From the IMG/VR virus record IMGVR_UViG_3300016471_000834, positions 1-64,000 of that record: a stretch of 64,000 nucleotides of DNA; one strand, 5' to 3'. The stretch's first letter is position 1, and each line of letters opens with the position of its first letter. A program made the position numbers and the translations under genes. The notes beneath the pieces were generated by a model. That model was not told where the DNA came from. It made no database searches and worked only from the letters and a program-made list of their open reading frames with translations. The DNA is from a virus (lineage: Duplodnaviria > Caudoviricetes). Below are positions 62,698-64,000 of the stretch, in pieces.

Positions 62698-63081
62698 TCA
62701 CTGTGCAGGATGGATCTTCCTGGTTCGGCCCTTTCTCCATCCCCCCTTCTGGAGATCCGGCCCGCGGCTCTTGCGCTCGAGGTACAGACGCCAGACATCT
62801 GCCGGCCCGAATGTAGAGGGGCCTGTCTCCTGCTCCGCATGGAGCTGTCCCTGGCGCTTCATCGCGATGACTCGCTGGCTGGTCACTCCCAGAACGCGGC
62901 CCACTTCCTGTGCCGTGAGGCTTGCCCTCATCTCTGGGCCTGCCAGCGCTTGCACCTCAGATTTTCCCTCCGAAGCATCTGCGCATCGCTTCTCCCATAC
63001 GCCCAAGGGCTCCTGAAACAGCCTGGCCTCGCCTAACTTGCGGAGCCAGTAACCCAGCATGATCTTCTGCTCCATGCTCAT
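62698..63081 (-). CDS. MerR/excisionase-like HTH DNA-binding protein
   Basis: LTAQEVGRVLGVTSQRVIAMKRQGQLHA...F...DV. Confidence 0.7.
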   Translation of the reverse strand: MSMEQKIMLGYWLRKLGEARLFQEPLGVWEKRCADASEGKSEVQALAGPEMRASLTAQEVGRVLGVTSQRVIAMKRQGQLHAEQETGPSTFGPADVWRLYLERKSRGPDLQKGGWRKGRTRKIHPAQ

Positions 63082-63773
63082 GACTTCACCTGAGAGTCTA
63101 CGGTTTCTACAATCAGCTCATGGGGAGCCGGAACCGGCGTGCCCCATGATATATCCCCACAGCGTGCAACTCGGATTTCCAGAAAGCGCTCAAGCCATGC
63201 CTGATTCAGATAGGCGGTCGCCATGACCTCAGCTTCGGCCTGGGTGTCAGTGCTCCCGATCTCCCTCTTGTGCCCTCCCAGGCCAATCGCATATACCCAC
63301 CTGCCATTCACAGGCCGGACAGAGCAGAAGAGGTGCTCTGAGGACATGCTCATGATTCCCGCGTGGAAGGCCGATTCGCGCTCGAGCTGCACGGGAGCTG
63401 TCCAGGCGAATACGTCGAGATTGGGATCGCCTCGCCATTGGCGGACGTGGTCGTCCAACTGCTCTCCCTGCAGGCCCTGCAGCAACTCTGGGAACCCGTG
63501 AACATTTTCATAGGCGGCACAATCCAGCCGATCATCCTCGCTCACGGGATAACGGTCTCTGCTGACGACCATCGCGCCTTCGGGCACGATCGGCACTCGA
63601 GCCATTGTGCGATACAGGTCATACTCCACATCGCGCCAGGTCCATTCCCTGGCCCAGACGTGCCATTGTACCCCTGGGGCCTGAACGCCAGCCGGCACGG
63701 CAATCATCGTGATGAGACGGGACTTTCTCAGGTGTCGCGCCCCAGCCGTCGTGATAAACAGGTGCTCTTTCAT
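63078..63773 (-). CDS. Hypothetical protein
   Basis: GAGGAG RBS before ATG 63773. Confidence 0.55.
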   Translation of the reverse strand: MKEHLFITTAGARHLRKSRLITMIAVPAGVQAPGVQWHVWAREWTWRDVEYDLYRTMARVPIVPEGAMVVSRDRYPVSEDDRLDCAAYENVHGFPELLQGLQGEQLDDHVRQWRGDPNLDVFAWTAPVQLERESAFHAGIMSMSSEHLFCSVRPVNGRWVYAIGLGGHKREIGSTDTQAEAEVMATAYLNQAWLERFLEIRVARCGDISWGTPVPAPHELIVETVDSQVKS

Positions 63774-63817
63774 TTCATGCTCCTCGCCCTCTCTCAAGGG
63801 CCATCGGTCGTTGCGTT

Positions 63818-64000
63818 CTACTTCTTGCCTTGTTCCATCTCCAGCCATGCGTCTCGCTTCTCACGAGCTGCCTCGAGCGAGTTCGCCACGCAGCTGAATA
63901 ACTTCCCCTCGGGCGTCCGATAATCGTATTGGTATCGAACCTTACCTCCGACATTGAACTGCTCATGCCGCTCTGTTCCAGGAGGACACATTGAACAGCC
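63818..64000 (-). CDS. DUF3873-like protein (5'-partial; not in ORF track)
   Basis: GCSMCPPGTERHEQF...YQYDYRTPEGKLFSCVANSLEAAREKRDAWL*. Confidence 0.7.
   Translation of the reverse strand, partial: GCSMCPPGTERHEQFNVGGKVRYQYDYRTPEGKLFSCVANSLEAAREKRDAWLEMEQGKK

Overview
The window is part of a GC-rich (roughly 60-63% by eye) myovirus-type phage or prophage genome. All supported genes are on the minus strand, so they read from 64000 towards 1. In reading order there are five blocks. (i) Small early genes and ssb. (ii) An adenine-methyltransferase/GNAT fusion, a ParB-N protein, two tandem TerS-like paralogues, TerL and portal. (iii) A ~13.7-kb island of about 30 small accessory genes (Dam-like MTase, DUF1643, PAPS-reductase/DndC-like, NTase, YkgJ, DUF3310, Zn fingers) that separates the portal from the rest of the head module. 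(iv) MuF, XkdF-type protease, scaffold, major capsid, head-tail genes, a complete contractile tail/baseplate with a -1 frameshifted chaperone, and fibre genes. (v) A promoter-led block with a 1.1-kaa repeat protein, XRE regulator, putative annealase, SbcD/SbcC, HD hydrolase, DUF2786, ASCH and a wHTH replication-initiator-like ORF with iteron-like repeats running off the left edge. I recognised no integrase, lysis gene, polymerase, tRNA or CRISPR/cas. The most unusual observations are: a 20-Cys copper-storage-protein-like domain inside the scaffold; a pyrophosphatase-like domain fused to the portal; one ~80-aa beta-rich domain inserted in the capsid, baseplate-J and fibre proteins; a ~350-nt structured RNA candidate that can sequester a ribosome-binding site; and strong CTCGAG over-representation. 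All family assignments come from motif recognition without database searches. Several start codons were re-called from ribosome-binding-site (RBS) position.
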